A DNA stretch of 64,000 nt from Octopus vulgaris (taxonomy: Eukaryota), in contig OX597821.1 of the NCBI GenBank assembly GCA_951406725.2, forward strand, positions 71,424,001-71,488,000. The letters are read 5' to 3'. Positions 40,180-54,872 of the stretch are shown here, one piece after another (position 1 is the stretch's first letter; every line of letters begins with the position of its first letter). The notes under the pieces are model-generated. The model ran no database searches, was not told where the DNA came from, and saw only the letters and a list, made by a program, of their open reading frames with translations. Both the position numbers and the translations under genes were made by a program.

Positions 40180-40256
40180 GTATATATATATATGTATGTA
40201 TGTATGTATGTATATATATATATATATATACTAGGTATAAAACCAGAAATTCCCTT

Positions 40257-40383
<127 letters not shown>

Positions 40384-40682
40384 TATATACATATATTGAA
40401 GAGCGTAGGCTCGAAACGTAAAATACTTCCTTCCCGAGCGTTAAACTAATACATCTGTTTATTGTTTACACACCCGTCTTCGTCTTTTTTTTGTAAATTC
40501 TCACTCTATATATATGTGTGTGTGTGTGTGTGTTTATGTATGTATATATATATATATATGATCTTTTAACAGCTCCAAAGGGATGCAAAAGGTCTCCAAT
40601 CTGCGTGCATTGCATCTTATAGCAGAAACAGCTGTAACTTAATGAAGTTCTCGGCATAAATTTTTGTTTCTTTAGTTTGAAG

Positions 40683-40729
40683 CTAGTTCCTGCGGAGGGC
40701 TGATTGGGCCTGCGGTCCAAATCTAAAGA

Positions 40730-40767
<38 letters not shown>

Positions 40768-42053
40768 ATTTATTGGTACCCTACCATCTGAGATTTATAT
40801 CACAAAGTATTACATTTGGAGAATTTTGCATTATTGTGACATTCGGAGATCGGTTTTACCATTTGGTGTGAGTATGAAGAGATTGTTGCCATTTCCAACT
40901 CTGGAACAACCAACATAGAGCTGACCATAGGAAAAGCTCTGCTGCATGAAATGAAGTCCACCGATTTCCAGTGATTGTCCTTTGACTCTTGTTGATTGAT
41001 ATTACAAAACTAATTCTTACTGGAATTTGAAGTTTCCTGAATTCAAAGAGTGTGTCTGCTGGAATCAGCAGAATTCTTGCAATAAACTCATTTTCTCTCT
41101 TTCTTTGTCCATTGAGGATTGTTGCTTCCATAAGATGTGGATGCATTTGCCTGGCAATCAGTCTTATACCAATGCACAGCTTTGGAGTATCCAGATTTCT
41201 CAAAAGCATCATTGGAACCCCTTAATCCAATGTCAGTTTGTGATATACCATTCCAGGAGGATCATTCACGGGTCTACAAGAGTATCAGTTAAGAAATAAT
41301 TTCTTTTACACGAGTATTGATTGATTGCATGGTTTTCCAATTGATAGCCAGGACAGTTTCACACTTTTTGCTGCAAGTATGACTCTTTCGCAAAGCCATT
41401 CATGGTCTTGAAAATTATGTCTAATGTTTGGGTAAATCTTTGTAATCAGCTCTTCTACAGTTTTGACCAAAATGCCACAACCATTTGGAACCGTGATGTC
41501 TCCAGTACTGTCTTGCCGAATGCTTCCATTCCTCAGATCCGGTAGCTAAGCTGAAAATCTCCCAGCATCCAAATCTCTGAATAAACTGACTCTGCCGAAA
41601 GTGTGATCCGACCGGAAGTCCAATCAGGCCGAAAGTTCAAGTTCTTCAATATTTCCTTCCGAGTGTTTCAATTCACTAACTTCACGGAACTTCGAAACCT
41701 CACGAACATGAAACCTCTCACCCTAACTTGGATCTAGTTTCAAAAATGAACTGAATGGAAAATATTTTTTTTTAATTCACAAAGCTTTAGTATTACTTTC
41801 AATTCAGTTTAACCGAAAGACTTGTAAGTTCGCGAATTGTGGGTGTTCTTATAAAATTTGAATTTTTAACTGTTAGCATATAACAAATCCTCATCCAGAC
41901 CCGATCCCAATGCTGGATGTTCAAGAACCAAATGAAGGGCAGACTTTCAATCCCGGGATCATCCTAATTCCCAAAAGGCATAGTATATGTCTATGGAGAA
42001 CAAATGAGACGGACGGACAGACAGAATTTTGCGTTTATTATATATATATGTGA
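40683..42053 (-). mobile_element. Internally deleted Helitron with PIF1-helicase C-terminal remnant
   Basis: LITKIYPNI..WLCERVILA, MLLRNLDTPKLC.G.RL, FRKLQIPVRISFVISINKSQ, FSYGQLYVGCSRVG; 5' end TCACATATATATATAATAAACGCAAAATTCTGTCTGTCCGTC; GC-rich segment ending CTAG at 40683. Confidence 0.88.
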
Positions 42054-42189
42054 GGGGGGGGGTACGACGAGCTTCCACGTAGTTTCCGTCTGCATAATTC
42101 ACACGCAAGACATAGCTCGGGCTGGGGATATACTTGAAAACATTTGCTTAAAGCTGCACTGTGGGACAGAACCCAAAACTACGTGGTTA

Positions 42190-42304
42190 CAGATGATGTT
42201 GTTATTGATGATGATGATGAGGAGGAGGAGGAGGAGGAGGATGGTGGTGGTGGTGGTGGTGGTGATGATGAGGATGATGATGATGATGATAATGGTGGTG
42301 GTGG

Positions 42305-42377
<73 letters not shown>

Positions 42378-42392
42378 GGTGGTGATGATAAC
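42190..42392. repeat. (GAT)n/(GGT)n/(GAG)n compound microsatellite
   Basis: Direct reading. Confidence 0.95.
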
Positions 42393-43555
42393 ATGTCGAG
42401 GACAAAAGAGCACCAGGGTTCCACGTGCTAAAAAAAAAAACATGAAATTATTCGTATTAATGAAATGCTGGACGACGCAGCTAAATCTTTAAAATATTCC
42501 TGTAACGAAACCCCATTCAAGACAAGGAACAGAATCATCGGATTTAAAAGAAACGTTAAAGCATTGCAAAACGAAATATATTAACGATAATAAAAACAAA
42601 ATACAAGAAGAAACACGAGTAAGTAAATGTGGTGGTGGTGGGGAGACTATCTCGTAAGCCTGAGCTAACTCCCTAATACCCTCACTAACATATAATAAGA
42701 AATAATTAATAAAAATAAAATATATAAAATATGAATATAAATGTAGAAATTAAGAGCCTTAAGAAAAGAGTTACAGGAAACAAATCAGCGAAACATCATG
42801 TTGCAGAGAAGATATATCAATGCATAAAATGAGTATTAATGGCGAAAACACGCAGTCGGCTTCTAATAAAGTTGAGAAGGGTTGCCGAAGGCACTGGAGA
42901 AAGAGCCAGGAGAGGGAACCGACGAGACAAATATATATATAAAAATATATAAATAATAATAATGGAATAAAATAAGAATTATATAAAATCAGAGAATGAA
43001 AAAAGAAAAAAAAGAGAGAGGAAGAGACACATGCGGAGAAGGAGGGAGAAAGAGAGGTAGAATGCGAGAAAGAGGGAGAACAGCAGATGTCAAACAGATA
43101 GGCATTCCTGTAACAGCAGTTGTCAGGCGACGTCATAGAGCGGGCGAGTGGGTGGAGGGAAGAGGCAGTCACACAAGCGTAGGTTCAAATTTATATGTGA
43201 AATTATATGGATATGCGGGAATGTGTGTTTATATGTGTTTTGTGACTATGAATAAGTTTATGTATGAACACACACACATACAAACATACATACATACATA
43301 CACACATACATACATACATACATACATACATACATACATACATACATACATACATACATACATACATACATACATACATACATGCATATATACAAACATA
43401 CATACATATATACTCACATACGTACATACATACATACAGTTTATTTCAAGATTTCTTGCCAATAGAGAAAGAACCGGTTTCTAACCTAGATCCAAGGTTC
43501 GTTCATTGGAATTCCAACATCAACAACAGGGTATTCTTGTATGTATGTATGTATG

Positions 43556-43586
<31 letters not shown>

Positions 43587-43924
43587 ATATGTATGTATGT
43601 ATGTTTGTATGTGTGTATGTATGTATGTGTGTATGTATATGCAGATTTGTATGTTTTGTGTATGTATTCTCATGTATATAGTTACATATCTAGAGATGCT
43701 CATATATATTTAAATGATAAACTCCTGGAAGGTTTTACAGATTTTTACAGTTCCAGTGATGGATTGCATCTGTAGTCTTCGAATTAGCTTTCTCCTGTAT
43801 GTATGTATGTATGTATGTATGTATGTATGTATGTATGTATGTATGTATGTATATGTGTGTGTATGTATGTATGTGTAAATAAATGCGAAGAGACATGGTT
43901 TAGGGTCCTATATCTAAGCTCCTA

Positions 43925-44305
43925 TTCTTTTATTCTTTTACTTGTTCCAGTCATTTGACTGCGGCCATGCTGGAGCACCGCTTTTAGTCCAACAAATAAA
44001 CCCTAGGACTTATTCTTTGTAAGCCTCGCACTTATTCTATCGGTCTCTTTTGCCGAACCGCCAGCTTACGGGGACGTGAACACCCAACATCGGTTGTCAC
44101 GCGATGGTGGACGTACACTGACTCAAAGACACAGACATAAATATACATGTATACATATACAACGGGCTTCTTTCAGTTTCCGTCTACCAAATCCACTTAA
44201 ATGGCTTTGGTCGACCAGAGGCTACAGTAGAAGACGCTTGCCCAAGGTGCCATGCAGTGGGATGGAACCCGGAACCATGTGGTTGGAAAGCAATCTTCTT
44301 ACCGC
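43925..44305 (-). mobile_element. SINE family A, near full length
   Basis: Reverse complement of 17828-18255 (CTTGCCCAAGGTGCCATGCAGTGGGATGGAACCCGGAACCATGTGGTTGG). Confidence 0.88.
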
Positions 44306-46044
44306 ACTTTTGTTTTTAAATGCCAACATATTTTCACTGCTTCTGCCTAAGTAAAGCAACAATACAGTGAATGTGATTCTAGACTCGTCGTGAAGTCAAT
44401 TTCAAATAAAACCCAGAAAATTAATTTGAGTGAAATGGATGAAGGCCACAACATTGAATGATATTTGTGCTTTCTTGAGATAAGCTAAGTCTAAACTTGG
44501 AAATGTTATCCAACTGAACTGCTTTTCTAGTCATGAAAGAGTGAGTCTCGATACTGACACTCAATCTTAAAGAACTGATGGCCAATAAATATGTGAACAG
44601 TAAAAATGTGCAAGATTTTCGAATGTTAAACACTTAACGCATTGTTTTTGTTATCCAAATTCCAGCGATGAAACTTTGTTTATAAGAAACCACCTCCTTC
44701 ATTATAGGAGGTTTATAGCAAGCTTTGAAAAGAACTTCGTTGTTTACATCCACAAACCGCTAATTAAACGAACGCCAGTGACACGATCCCAAAACTTCTG
44801 ACTTGATGTATTCGTTTACGATCAAGTTGATGATATAAAGTAAAGTTCCAGATTTTTAGACAGTGAACGCCACACTGGATTGTGTTAGAATCACCGCTCA
44901 CCCGCTGATCTGAATAAGTAAATGTCCGTGCTTATGCATGTCTAGGGAGAGTTTACGAAAAAACAAAAGACGAAGACGGGTGGTGTAGAAAACAAGCAGA
45001 TGTATTAGTATAACGCTCAGGAATAGAAAAAATATTTTACGTTTCGAGCCTATGCTCTTCTACAGAAAAGGACACAGAGAAAAACAAGGAGAAAAAAAAA
45101 TGTGTTTAGTGGCTAACGATCTATCATGGCGGCTCATGCATGTATATATGTATTATGTAAGTATGTATGTATGTATGTATGTATGTATGTATGTATGTAT
45201 GTATGTATGTATGTATGTATGTATGCATGCATGTATGTATGTATGTATGTATGTATGTGTATGTATATATGTATGTATGTATGTATGTGTCTGTGCGTGT
45301 ATGAGTGTATGTATCTGTGTTTGTGTGTGTGTGTGCGCTCGCGTGTTGTATGCGTAGTGGAAGGTGCTCAATCAAATCTGAGAGAAGACAGAAGCAGCAA
45401 GCGCAATGTGTAACTTTATTCGAGGAAATACTGAGAACACACACAGTTAGTTTCACACACATTGACACACACACAAACACACGCACACACACAAATACAC
45501 ACACACATACACACGCGCACACACATACAGACCAATATGAAAACATTTGCAGCCCACATAGATCTCCATATACGTAAACAAATAGAAAAATACCGACACC
45601 AAAAGCAAAACCCCCCCCAAAAATAAAGAAAATGAATAAAGTAACTTCATTAAATTCATTAACTATAACGAATGCAAAAATAATTACTCGTTAGCTAATT
45701 AGCCACGACACGGTATAAATATAAAGTACATTCTTGAGGGTGGTACCTCGAGGGTGGTACCGTCACAACTACTTTAATATGGCTTTTCAATAAAAGCTCT
45801 ACAAACGCATTTCAATAAATCATAGAAACTATTTTACAAAAAAATAAAAAGTAAAATACTGAAAACAAATAGGGCTTCCATGTTTTTTCTTTTCTGATGA
45901 CACAGGAAATGGTGCAATAGTTGTACAGCTTTTACTAATTTTATGAACTGATATCACTAGGTTATGGCCATGCAGAGGCAATCATTCAGCTCGTTAATTA
46001 TTGCATAAATGTTTCAATATTCATGCAGTGGTAATTTTATTGAT

Positions 46045-46086
46045 GTACCTGATGAGACCTAGATCGGATCGAAACGTATGTTGTAC
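46045..46086 (+). ncRNA. Minimal type-I hammerhead ribozyme motif with canonical core
   Basis: GTAC-CTGATGA-GACC(TAGATC)GGATC-GAAA-CGTATG-TT-GTAC; AATAAA at 46089. Confidence 0.6.
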
Positions 46087-46354
46087 CCAATAAAGTCTAT
46101 TACACATTCCATCTCCTATTTTATTAATACTGTTACCGCAATCGCCACTACAAAGTTCCTGCAATAAATCTACAGATAACAACAGGTAATCGAAACTGTG
46201 CCAGTCCTTTACTCATCATCAATTTATACATTTTATATAATTTCTCCATTATATATATGTGTAAATATATATATATATATTGAGAATTTACAAAAAACAA
46301 AAGACAGAGACGGGTGTACAAACAACAAACAGGTATATGTATGTATGTATTATG

Positions 46355-46388
<34 letters not shown>

Positions 46389-46486
46389 TGTATGTATGTA
46401 TGTATGTATGTATGCATGCATGCATGTATGTATGTATGTATGTATGTATGTATGTATGTATGCAAGCATGCATGCATGTATGTATG

Positions 46487-46520
<34 letters not shown>

Positions 46521-46871
46521 TGTATGTATGTATGTATGTATGTATGTATGTATGTATGTATGTATGTATGTATGTATGTGTGTATGTATGTATGTATGTA
46601 TGTATAGGCAAATAAAACGCTCAAAAAAGCAGGAAAGAAACAACAAAAGTCAGTTAGACAGACTCAGTGAATATCTTAGCTTGACGTTCTCAGTGAAAGC
46701 TGGAGATGAAAATTTAGGAGTGACGTTTCGAGTATTGTTCTTCGTCACTAAGAGGGAAATGTCGAAAGAGGAAGAAACGGAGGAAGGAGCAGATAGTGTG
46801 AGAAAAGCACGTGTGTCGTTGCATAGCCGAAGAATATAAAAAATCTAAGATCTTTCTTGATTCATATTCAT

Positions 46872-47030
46872 TCACTCCCAAGACGGGACATCAGTCCGTC
46901 GCAGGGTTACTCCGTTTTGCCAGCTGGGTGGACTGGTGCAACGTGAAATGAGGTGTTTTGCTCAAGAAGACAACGCATCGCCCTGTCCATGAACAGAAAC
47001 CACTCTCTTACGATCACGAGTCAAACATCC
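46872..47030 (-). mobile_element. SINE family C
   Basis: GCCAGCTGGGTGGACTGGTGCAACGTGAAATGAGGTGTTTTGCTCAAGAA matches 51310-51365. Confidence 0.8.
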
Positions 47031-47134
47031 ACACATACACACACACACATACACATACACACACACATATCAAATTAATGAAAACAGCAGGTTGCAATGT
47101 TTCACTAAAAAGAAGAATTATAATCGTCACTAAA

Positions 47135-47247
47135 TATGCCTAGGGTTAAAAACCACCTACATTGCTAGAAATAAGAGCTAAAATGTGCGCCAACTGCGGC
47201 ATTAGAGCATATTTCTAGCAACGTAGGTGTATTTTAACACCCTAGGC

Positions 47248-47250
<3 letters not shown>
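47135..47250. repeat. 116-bp fold-back palindrome
   Basis: TATGCCTAGGG-TTAAAA-..CACCTAC.TTGCTAGAAATA / TATTTCTAGCAA.GTAGGTG..TTTTAA..CCCTAGGCATA. Confidence 0.85.
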
Positions 47251-47322
<72 letters not shown>

Positions 47323-48589
47323 GTGTGTATGTGTTGAGTGTACATATATGCATTTACACACACATACACATATACACACAAAATGCATATAAAAATATAT
47401 ATATAAACATACATGTATATATATATGCACACGCACACACGCGCGCGTTTAAACATCTGTTGTATGCGCAAGGGAGCAAGATCGCTTCAAATATTCCAGT
47501 TTTCACCTTAAAATAATCGTATAAACTTAAACATGAACCAAAGGGAAATAGTACGGGGCTCAATTAATGACGAATCTACCTGCATCAAACAGGAAACCAT
47601 TAAGTCCAAATCTCTCTAAAATGACAAAAACTGTTTATATTGAGCATTTTGTTAATTTGTGTGTGCTCCGTTCAACTGTATCAATATTTTTTAATGAGAT
47701 GCCATCGGAGCACAGAGGGCTTATAAATCGGCTTATTCCATTTCAAAGTTTCAAATTTAAATGTAAATAGATTACTTTTCTTCCACATCAACACCTTCCC
47801 GGGAATTCTTTGCGAGACGTGATTTTTCTTACAAGAAAATTTAGCGGTGATTTTGTGAACTAATGAATATGTACTGAAAGTAATTACGCGATGTCAAGGA
47901 ATTCTTGCCCTCAGATAATTATGAAGTACAATATGTGTAAATGATTTAGTGTAAGGTATAAATAATGATTTCTGAAGAAACCTTAATGATTTCTTAATTA
48001 AATTTAAATGGTTTGACATGGCAAATATAATTAGTTTCCGCATCAGTGCAAGAGTCTGTGTAGCAGAAAGTTAGACAGTTTTTTTCTCACTCGCCTCTGA
48101 AATTTACCACCAAGTTCTAAATAGCAAAGTGATTAATGAAATATATGTTTTCAGGAAGGATAGAACGCAATATCAGAAGTGAGATATACGTATTGGAGAT
48201 CAAAGAAGAGGTTAAGCCATTTATTTAGTCGGATATGAAACTATACTGAAAAAAAAAAGGCAACAAGAATATAAATAACAATTACACTAATAGGAGATAT
48301 TTCATCATTAGTTCAGCGATTGAAATTAAACAAAATATAAATCACGATATCATAATTATTATATTTATTTGCAAACTCCAAATGATGGTCGTGCATGGAG
48401 AGGTCCTTCTGAAATTTAGGTGACTGATCTTGATTGACAGGGGAAAATATTTTTAATCCCTTTTAGCATTCTGATCAGAAACTAGATACAGATAAGCAGT
48501 TTTAAATCCTCAATTAAGTTTTAAGCTTAAAAGCTATTAAAGGAGTCAAATGTTTATTACGGTGTACACCACACACGTACAACAACTCG

Positions 48590-48623
<34 letters not shown>

Positions 48624-50472
48624 ACTGGAAATAGGTATTATGTACGGATGTTTCTGAAAGTCTGAAGCACTAAGGCCGGATAGTGGAATTAGATTTCTTC
48701 AACTTTGGAATCGTGGTCAAAAGCAAGTGATGAAAATATGTAATGGGGAAAAGTGTCCGGTGAGACGGAAAATACTCTTGACTGTGTATATGTGACTGAG
48801 AGGTAGCTATAGAACTCCAAGAACAACACAATTCAGTGTGATAGCAGTAAAGAGGCAGGTGGATGATAGAGTCGGCGGAGCGCTTACTAAAACGCTTTGT
48901 GCTGTTGATTTCCCTCTAATATTTTGTATTAGAACACAATGATACTTTTAATAATGAAGGTTTTAGTGAGGGCACTTAATTTTGGATTATATTTGCGTGA
49001 TTTTTCATGCCGGAAGGTCGTTGTGTTTCATATCAGACTCGTTAGATAGAGAACAAAAGGCCTTGTGGTATTCGTTCCGATTCTCTGCAGTTTGAGTTCA
49101 AATTCTGCCGAGGGTACCCTTGCTTTTCTTTCTTTCAGAGTCGATAAAATAAATAACTGTTCCAGGATTGATGGTTTGAGGGAACTGAGAGTCGGGTGAA
49201 ATGTCTTGCGCTGTTTGTTCCGGCTCTTTGTGTTCCGAAGTTTTATGTTGCAGATTTCAACAAGTTTTGTGTCACAACCTGGTTCTTTGGTGCCTTTAGT
49301 GGTGTTTGCTCAATTGCAGCCATTTTGGGATAATTCTCTTCAACAGAGCATTCTCAGAGATCCTGAAAATAAAAGTCGTATCCCATACGTAATAGCAAAG
49401 AAGACCAACTCTAACCGACTATACCTATGACTGGAGGCCTTCCAGCCGTGACCATTGCATCGTTCATTGTTCTTCAGTCGTATTGTAACTAGGCGTACGT
49501 TATTATACAACATGTACTTTATTCCTTTGAGATGGCAGTATGTAATTTTAGGGAGATTTGGTTCTATTTCTAGCATGTCAAATGACTACATGGATATTCC
49601 TGTCTTGAGGTCGTTGCCGACAGGTAATTGTAATTAGACAGGTAATTGTAGTTAGAACCAATTGACTACTCAGTGGATGCTGCATCGACGAAATATTCTT
49701 TGCGCATCTCATTCAATTCAACCTGTTAGCAGTTTTCAACTCAGCACTAAAAATAAAGCAAACTCTGGTCTATTTTACGGTGCTCCTGCTTCTTACATCT
49801 GCAAACATTTCCTGTTCTGTAGCAGAGTCATCAGCTTGGTAGATGAAATTATTTGTGACTTCAGAGTATTGACCAAGGAAACAACACAGCTATGATAAAC
49901 AGATCAGGAACCATTGGCCGTTTGTTTAGGTTTTATTACTCTGTTGGCTCAGTCACGGGGCCATCTTAAAAGTATTACAGGCCTCCGGGCAAATAATGCA
50001 GGGCTTGTGGAGTAATTATTTATGGACAGCAATACACAGCATACATAGATCATAATTAGACCCCTAGACCTGTGGGATCCACTGACCAATGCTCAGTGCG
50101 CCCTTATGCCCGAAATCCAACGACAAATAAACTGTAATGTGGAGGTCAACAGGTGCTCGACTTGAACATAGCACTTATAGAAAATTAAGAAAAAAAATAG
50201 TATCAAACATATAGAAACAATACAAGTAAAAACAATATGAGAAAATGAAGAAGAGGCTGATTGGTTCTTCTTGAAGCGATGTTTTCAAATTGTAAGAAAA
50301 CCTGTCATTCATTTATTTCAATTGTCAATTAATTACAAGATTGTTTTGATTCCATCTCTGTCCTTAATAAGGACACTGCTTCTCATTATTGAACAAAATG
50401 ACATCTTTAATTCCTGAGGGTCATCATACTTCAAGTGGTCGTTTCCGTTCTATAACTATGTGAAAAGTGAAG

Positions 50473-50513
<41 letters not shown>

Positions 50514-50840
50514 AGAAGAAGAAGAAGAAGAAGAAGAAGAAGAAGAAGAAGAAAAAGAACAAGAGGAAGAAGAAGAAGAAGAAGAAGAAGAAGAAGAAGA
50601 AGAAGAAGAAGAAGAAGACAGTAGCTTTACAAAAAAAACACTACTTTAAGTGTAACTAAACTTAATTACCTCAAAAATGTTTGCTTTTCTGTTGACTTGT
50701 AATAACAAAAATACAATTTAACATTACATAATACTTTCAGTAGAGTACATGCTTATTATTGTTTTCACAAGAAGAGAGGTGACAATAACATTAAGGCTTC
50801 ATCTTGCTAGTCTTCGTTGCGCTGATATTAAATAGATGTA

Positions 50841-50905
<65 letters not shown>

Positions 50906-50910
50906 TATAT

Positions 50911-51176
50911 CCCCGTGATCACGTGACCGACCAGGCTTTCAGATGTTGCTACACATCGCTGGTCACAATGCGCTTCGCATTGTTTTAGCATTCAAATGAC
51001 GCCACCCCGCTGGCTAAGCGAGCAGGCCAACAGAAGAAAGAGTGAGAGAAAGTTGTGGCGAAAGTTGTGGAGCTTTAGCTGTTTTCGCTCAATAAACACT
51101 CACAACGCCCGGTCTGGGAATCGAAACCGCGATTCTACAACCGCGAGTCCGCTGTCCTAACCACTGAGGCATTGCA
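50911..51176 (-). mobile_element. SINE family D, tail type 1
   Basis: Head CAGTGGTTAGGACAGCGGACTCGCGG..GGTTTCGATTCCCAGACCGGGCGTTGTGAGTGTTTATTGAGCG. Confidence 0.85.
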
Positions 51177-51199
51177 ATTCTTTTTTTTCTTTTAAAATA

Positions 51200-51572
<373 letters not shown>

Positions 51573-51688
51573 TAGTAAAAAGTGAAAAAACTACAGAAGG
51601 CTTGTTTTAAAAGGTTAAAAAATATATATTTGAGTCATTATGTCAGAAGAATGTTATAATTTTTTTTCATTAAATGACATAGTTTTTG

Positions 51689-51728
51689 AAGAAATGACCG
51701 GTTTCGCGTTCAGCTTTTCAAATTTCTT
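51689..51728 (-). ncRNA. Minimal hammerhead-like motif with U3-A8 core
   Basis: AAGAAAT-TTGAAAA-GC(TGAAC)GC-GAAA-CCGG-TC-ATTTCTT: perfect 7-bp stem I, palindromic ACCGGT stem III, GUC triplet. Confidence 0.6.
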
Positions 51729-52038
51729 ACATCGTTATGTTTTCGTTGAGAAGTGTAAAGAAGAGTTCCAGATAAGGGGAGGTAATAAGTGATTTCTTCC
51801 GGTGTAAGGGAGATCGATCTGTTACCGGACAAGGTTTCTGGATTATTTTTCCTGCCTTTTTTACTTAATTTTTGAGTGCGGTCGGGTTCATTTTTAGTAT
51901 TCTCGTTTGTGAGAGCAGTCGAGTTTATTTCAGATATTCTCCTTTTAAAAATCATCTTTGGCTAATCGTTGAGAGGACATTGGTGTTGCCTTGGCGGAGG
52001 TTTGCGCTAAGTGCTCGTTATTATTGTTGTTGTTGTTG

Positions 52039-52099
<61 letters not shown>

Positions 52100-52194
52100 A
52101 AGAAATGATATTATGAAAAGTATACATGCACACATTATCTGTTTGTATGAATGGAAAAAACATTTTTTCCACTATATTTTTACATGATTTAAGT

Positions 52195-52470
52195 TAATTG
52201 GCCAAACCAGAAACAGTCTACGCCAAAGGATGACCCTACATAGATCCCAGATTAAAATTCGGGAATACAGAAACATAGCATTAAGCAAATACACCGACAA
52301 TTGCGCCCCTAATGAACAAGTTAACTTCAAAATTTTCCACTTCTATAAATCTCATTGCATCACACAATATAGACCCCTTTTCAATGTGTCCACCACAAAT
52401 GACACTATTACAAGTATTAAAAACGAAATATTCAGAATGATCACTATCCATGAATTTATTTAGAATATTC
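52195..52470 (+). pseudogene. Penelope-like GIY-YIG endonuclease fragment
   Basis: IGQTRNSLRQRMTLHRSQIKIREYRNIALSKYTDNCAP...FKIFHFYK aligns with IGHTKNSLRNRMAVHKSQIRNPEYRKIPVSGHIDRCAG at 36.3 kb. Confidence 0.8.
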
Positions 52471-52567
52471 CAATTACTACTGCTACAACCACAACAGGTC
52501 ACTTTTAGGTCGCTTGACCATTAAAAAAGATTCCACGAACAGTCGACTGCTGTCATACCACTCCTGT

Positions 52568-52932
52568 CTTCTTCTTCTTCTTCTTCTTCTTCTTCTTCTT
52601 CTTCTTCTTCTTCTTCTTCTTCTTCTTCTTCTTCTTCTTCTTCTTCTTCTTCTTCTTCTTCTTCTTCTTCTTCTACGTCTCCTTCCTCGGTCACTGCTGC
52701 TTAAACAATCAAAATCCAGAACCAACATCCCTCATATTAAATGCTTCTTCATATCTTCTACTACCTACCTACCTACCAACATACATACATACATACATAC
52801 ATACATACCTACCTACCTACCTACCTACCTACCTACCTACATACATACATACATACATACATACATACCTACCTACCTACCTACCTACCTACCAACCTAC
52901 ATACCAACCTACCTACCTACCTACCTACCTAC
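52568..52932. repeat. (CTT)n and (CCTA)n/(CATA)n microsatellites
   Basis: Direct reading. Confidence 0.95.
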
Positions 52933-53152
52933 CGAACCTTAGCAAAAAGGAAAATGTTCCTTGCATTTGAAAACTATGGAAATATTTTTAAAAACATTTC
53001 ATTTAATTTTTCCACAATTTAATTGTTTTTCATGCTTTACTCTAAGTTGAAAAAAGTCACAAAGACTGAAACCGGTATTATTTTAGCATTTCCTACCTTG
53101 TCCTATTATATTCCTTATACATATCAACTGGTGTGTTCCTTTTCAACCTTCT

Positions 53153-53226
<74 letters not shown>

Positions 53227-53371
53227 ATGTGTGTGTGTATGTGTGTGTGTATGTGTGTGTATATATGTATGTATGTATGTATGTATATATATGTGCGTGT
53301 GTGTAAGTGTGTATCATATGTGCATACATTTATATCTCTATAAGCACGAATATATTGTATATATATGTACA

Positions 53372-53494
<123 letters not shown>

Positions 53495-54120
53495 GTTTGT
53501 GTTTATGTATGTGTATATATATGTGTGTGTGTGTAGGTAAATACAGACATACATATTCATAATCAAAACTGTGTTTAGCAAAGAGCATAAATCAAAAGTG
53601 GTAAGAGCGGAATGTCCCCAATGCTAGAATAAACGTCATTTTGACTCAAACAACTTCTCCGCTCGGCTTCATTTCACGTACGAGCCACCTTGCTGGCGTC
53701 AAAGCATTTGCGCTATTAATACTCTTCCTTTTCGCATAGAACAGCAATATATAGGGTTCATTAAACCAACTGGAGTAAGTAAAAACCAGAGAATTAACGG
53801 TGATAATGGCGATAGATATGAGAGATTACGGTGGCAGATAATGTTGTTGTTGTTATGGTGATGGGTATATGGACAATGGACGACAACAACGACATGGACT
53901 ACGACGACGACGACGATGATGACGAGGATGACCATGACGAAGGTGATTATGATCATGATCATAATAGTGGAGGTGGTGGGGGGCTGCTGGTGATGATGGT
54001 GATATTTAGCTCCAGGTCAATCTTGATTGCACAGAACTATGGGGAAAAATACCATCCGCTATTTTGTGTGTTATCGGTTGTGTCCTTTATTCAAGACGAT
54101 GTGGTATAATATATATATAC

Positions 54121-54286
54121 AGGCACAGGAGTGGCTGTTTGGTAAGTGGCTTGCTTACCAGCCCCATGTTTCTGGGTTCAGTCCCACTTCATTGCACCTT
54201 GGGTAAGTGTCTTTTATTATAGCCTCGGGCCGACCAAAACCTTGTGAGTGGATTTGGTGGACGGAAACTGAAAGAAGCCCGTCGTA
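54121..54286 (+). mobile_element. SINE family A, 5' half
   Basis: GGCACAGGAGTGGCTGTTTGGTAAG..GGGTTCAGTCCCAC..ACCTTGGGTAAGTGTC..GAAAGAAGCCCGTCG. Confidence 0.88.
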
Positions 54287-54298
54287 TATATGTATATG

Positions 54299-54357
<59 letters not shown>

Positions 54358-54723
54358 TTATATATATGCATATATATATATGAGATTTGGTTGATATTTC
54401 TAGCAGATCGTAAGGTTGTGTATAATTTCTCACTTACGGTTTGATGATCTTTAGTGGTGACTGTAGTGGTGGTCAGTTAAGGACGAGCCTGAACGTCTTA
54501 TTGTTAGTGTTGGGGTTTAATGAATAGTTTAACTGGAGTTAACCACTGGGTAAAATGTCAGACGATGGGTTTTTGGGCGCTGAATTTAGTTGCATATGGG
54601 TTTCGTGGGTGGTGATCGAGCAGTCACAAATATTAGAGTTGTGGTACGGATTACAGGGATCAATATTTCAGAGAATAATGGCGACGATGTATACAATGAA
54701 AGTAGGGATGATGTTGATGATTC

Positions 54724-54797
<74 letters not shown>

Positions 54798-54801
54798 GTG
54801 G

Positions 54802-54843
<42 letters not shown>

Positions 54844-54872
54844 CGATGATGATGATGATGATGATGATGATG
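54724..54872. repeat. (GAT)n microsatellite
   Basis: Direct reading. Confidence 0.97.

Noticed and set aside
49796-49888. Possible 93-nt minus-strand exon (ATAG|CTGTGT..GCAGAT|GTAAGA)
   Set aside because: Two frames are open, there is no recognisable homology, and such site pairs arise by chance in 64 kb
49930-50110. Possible hAT-like MITE remnant (GGGCCATCTTAA...)
   Set aside because: No matching second TIR or TSD could be found
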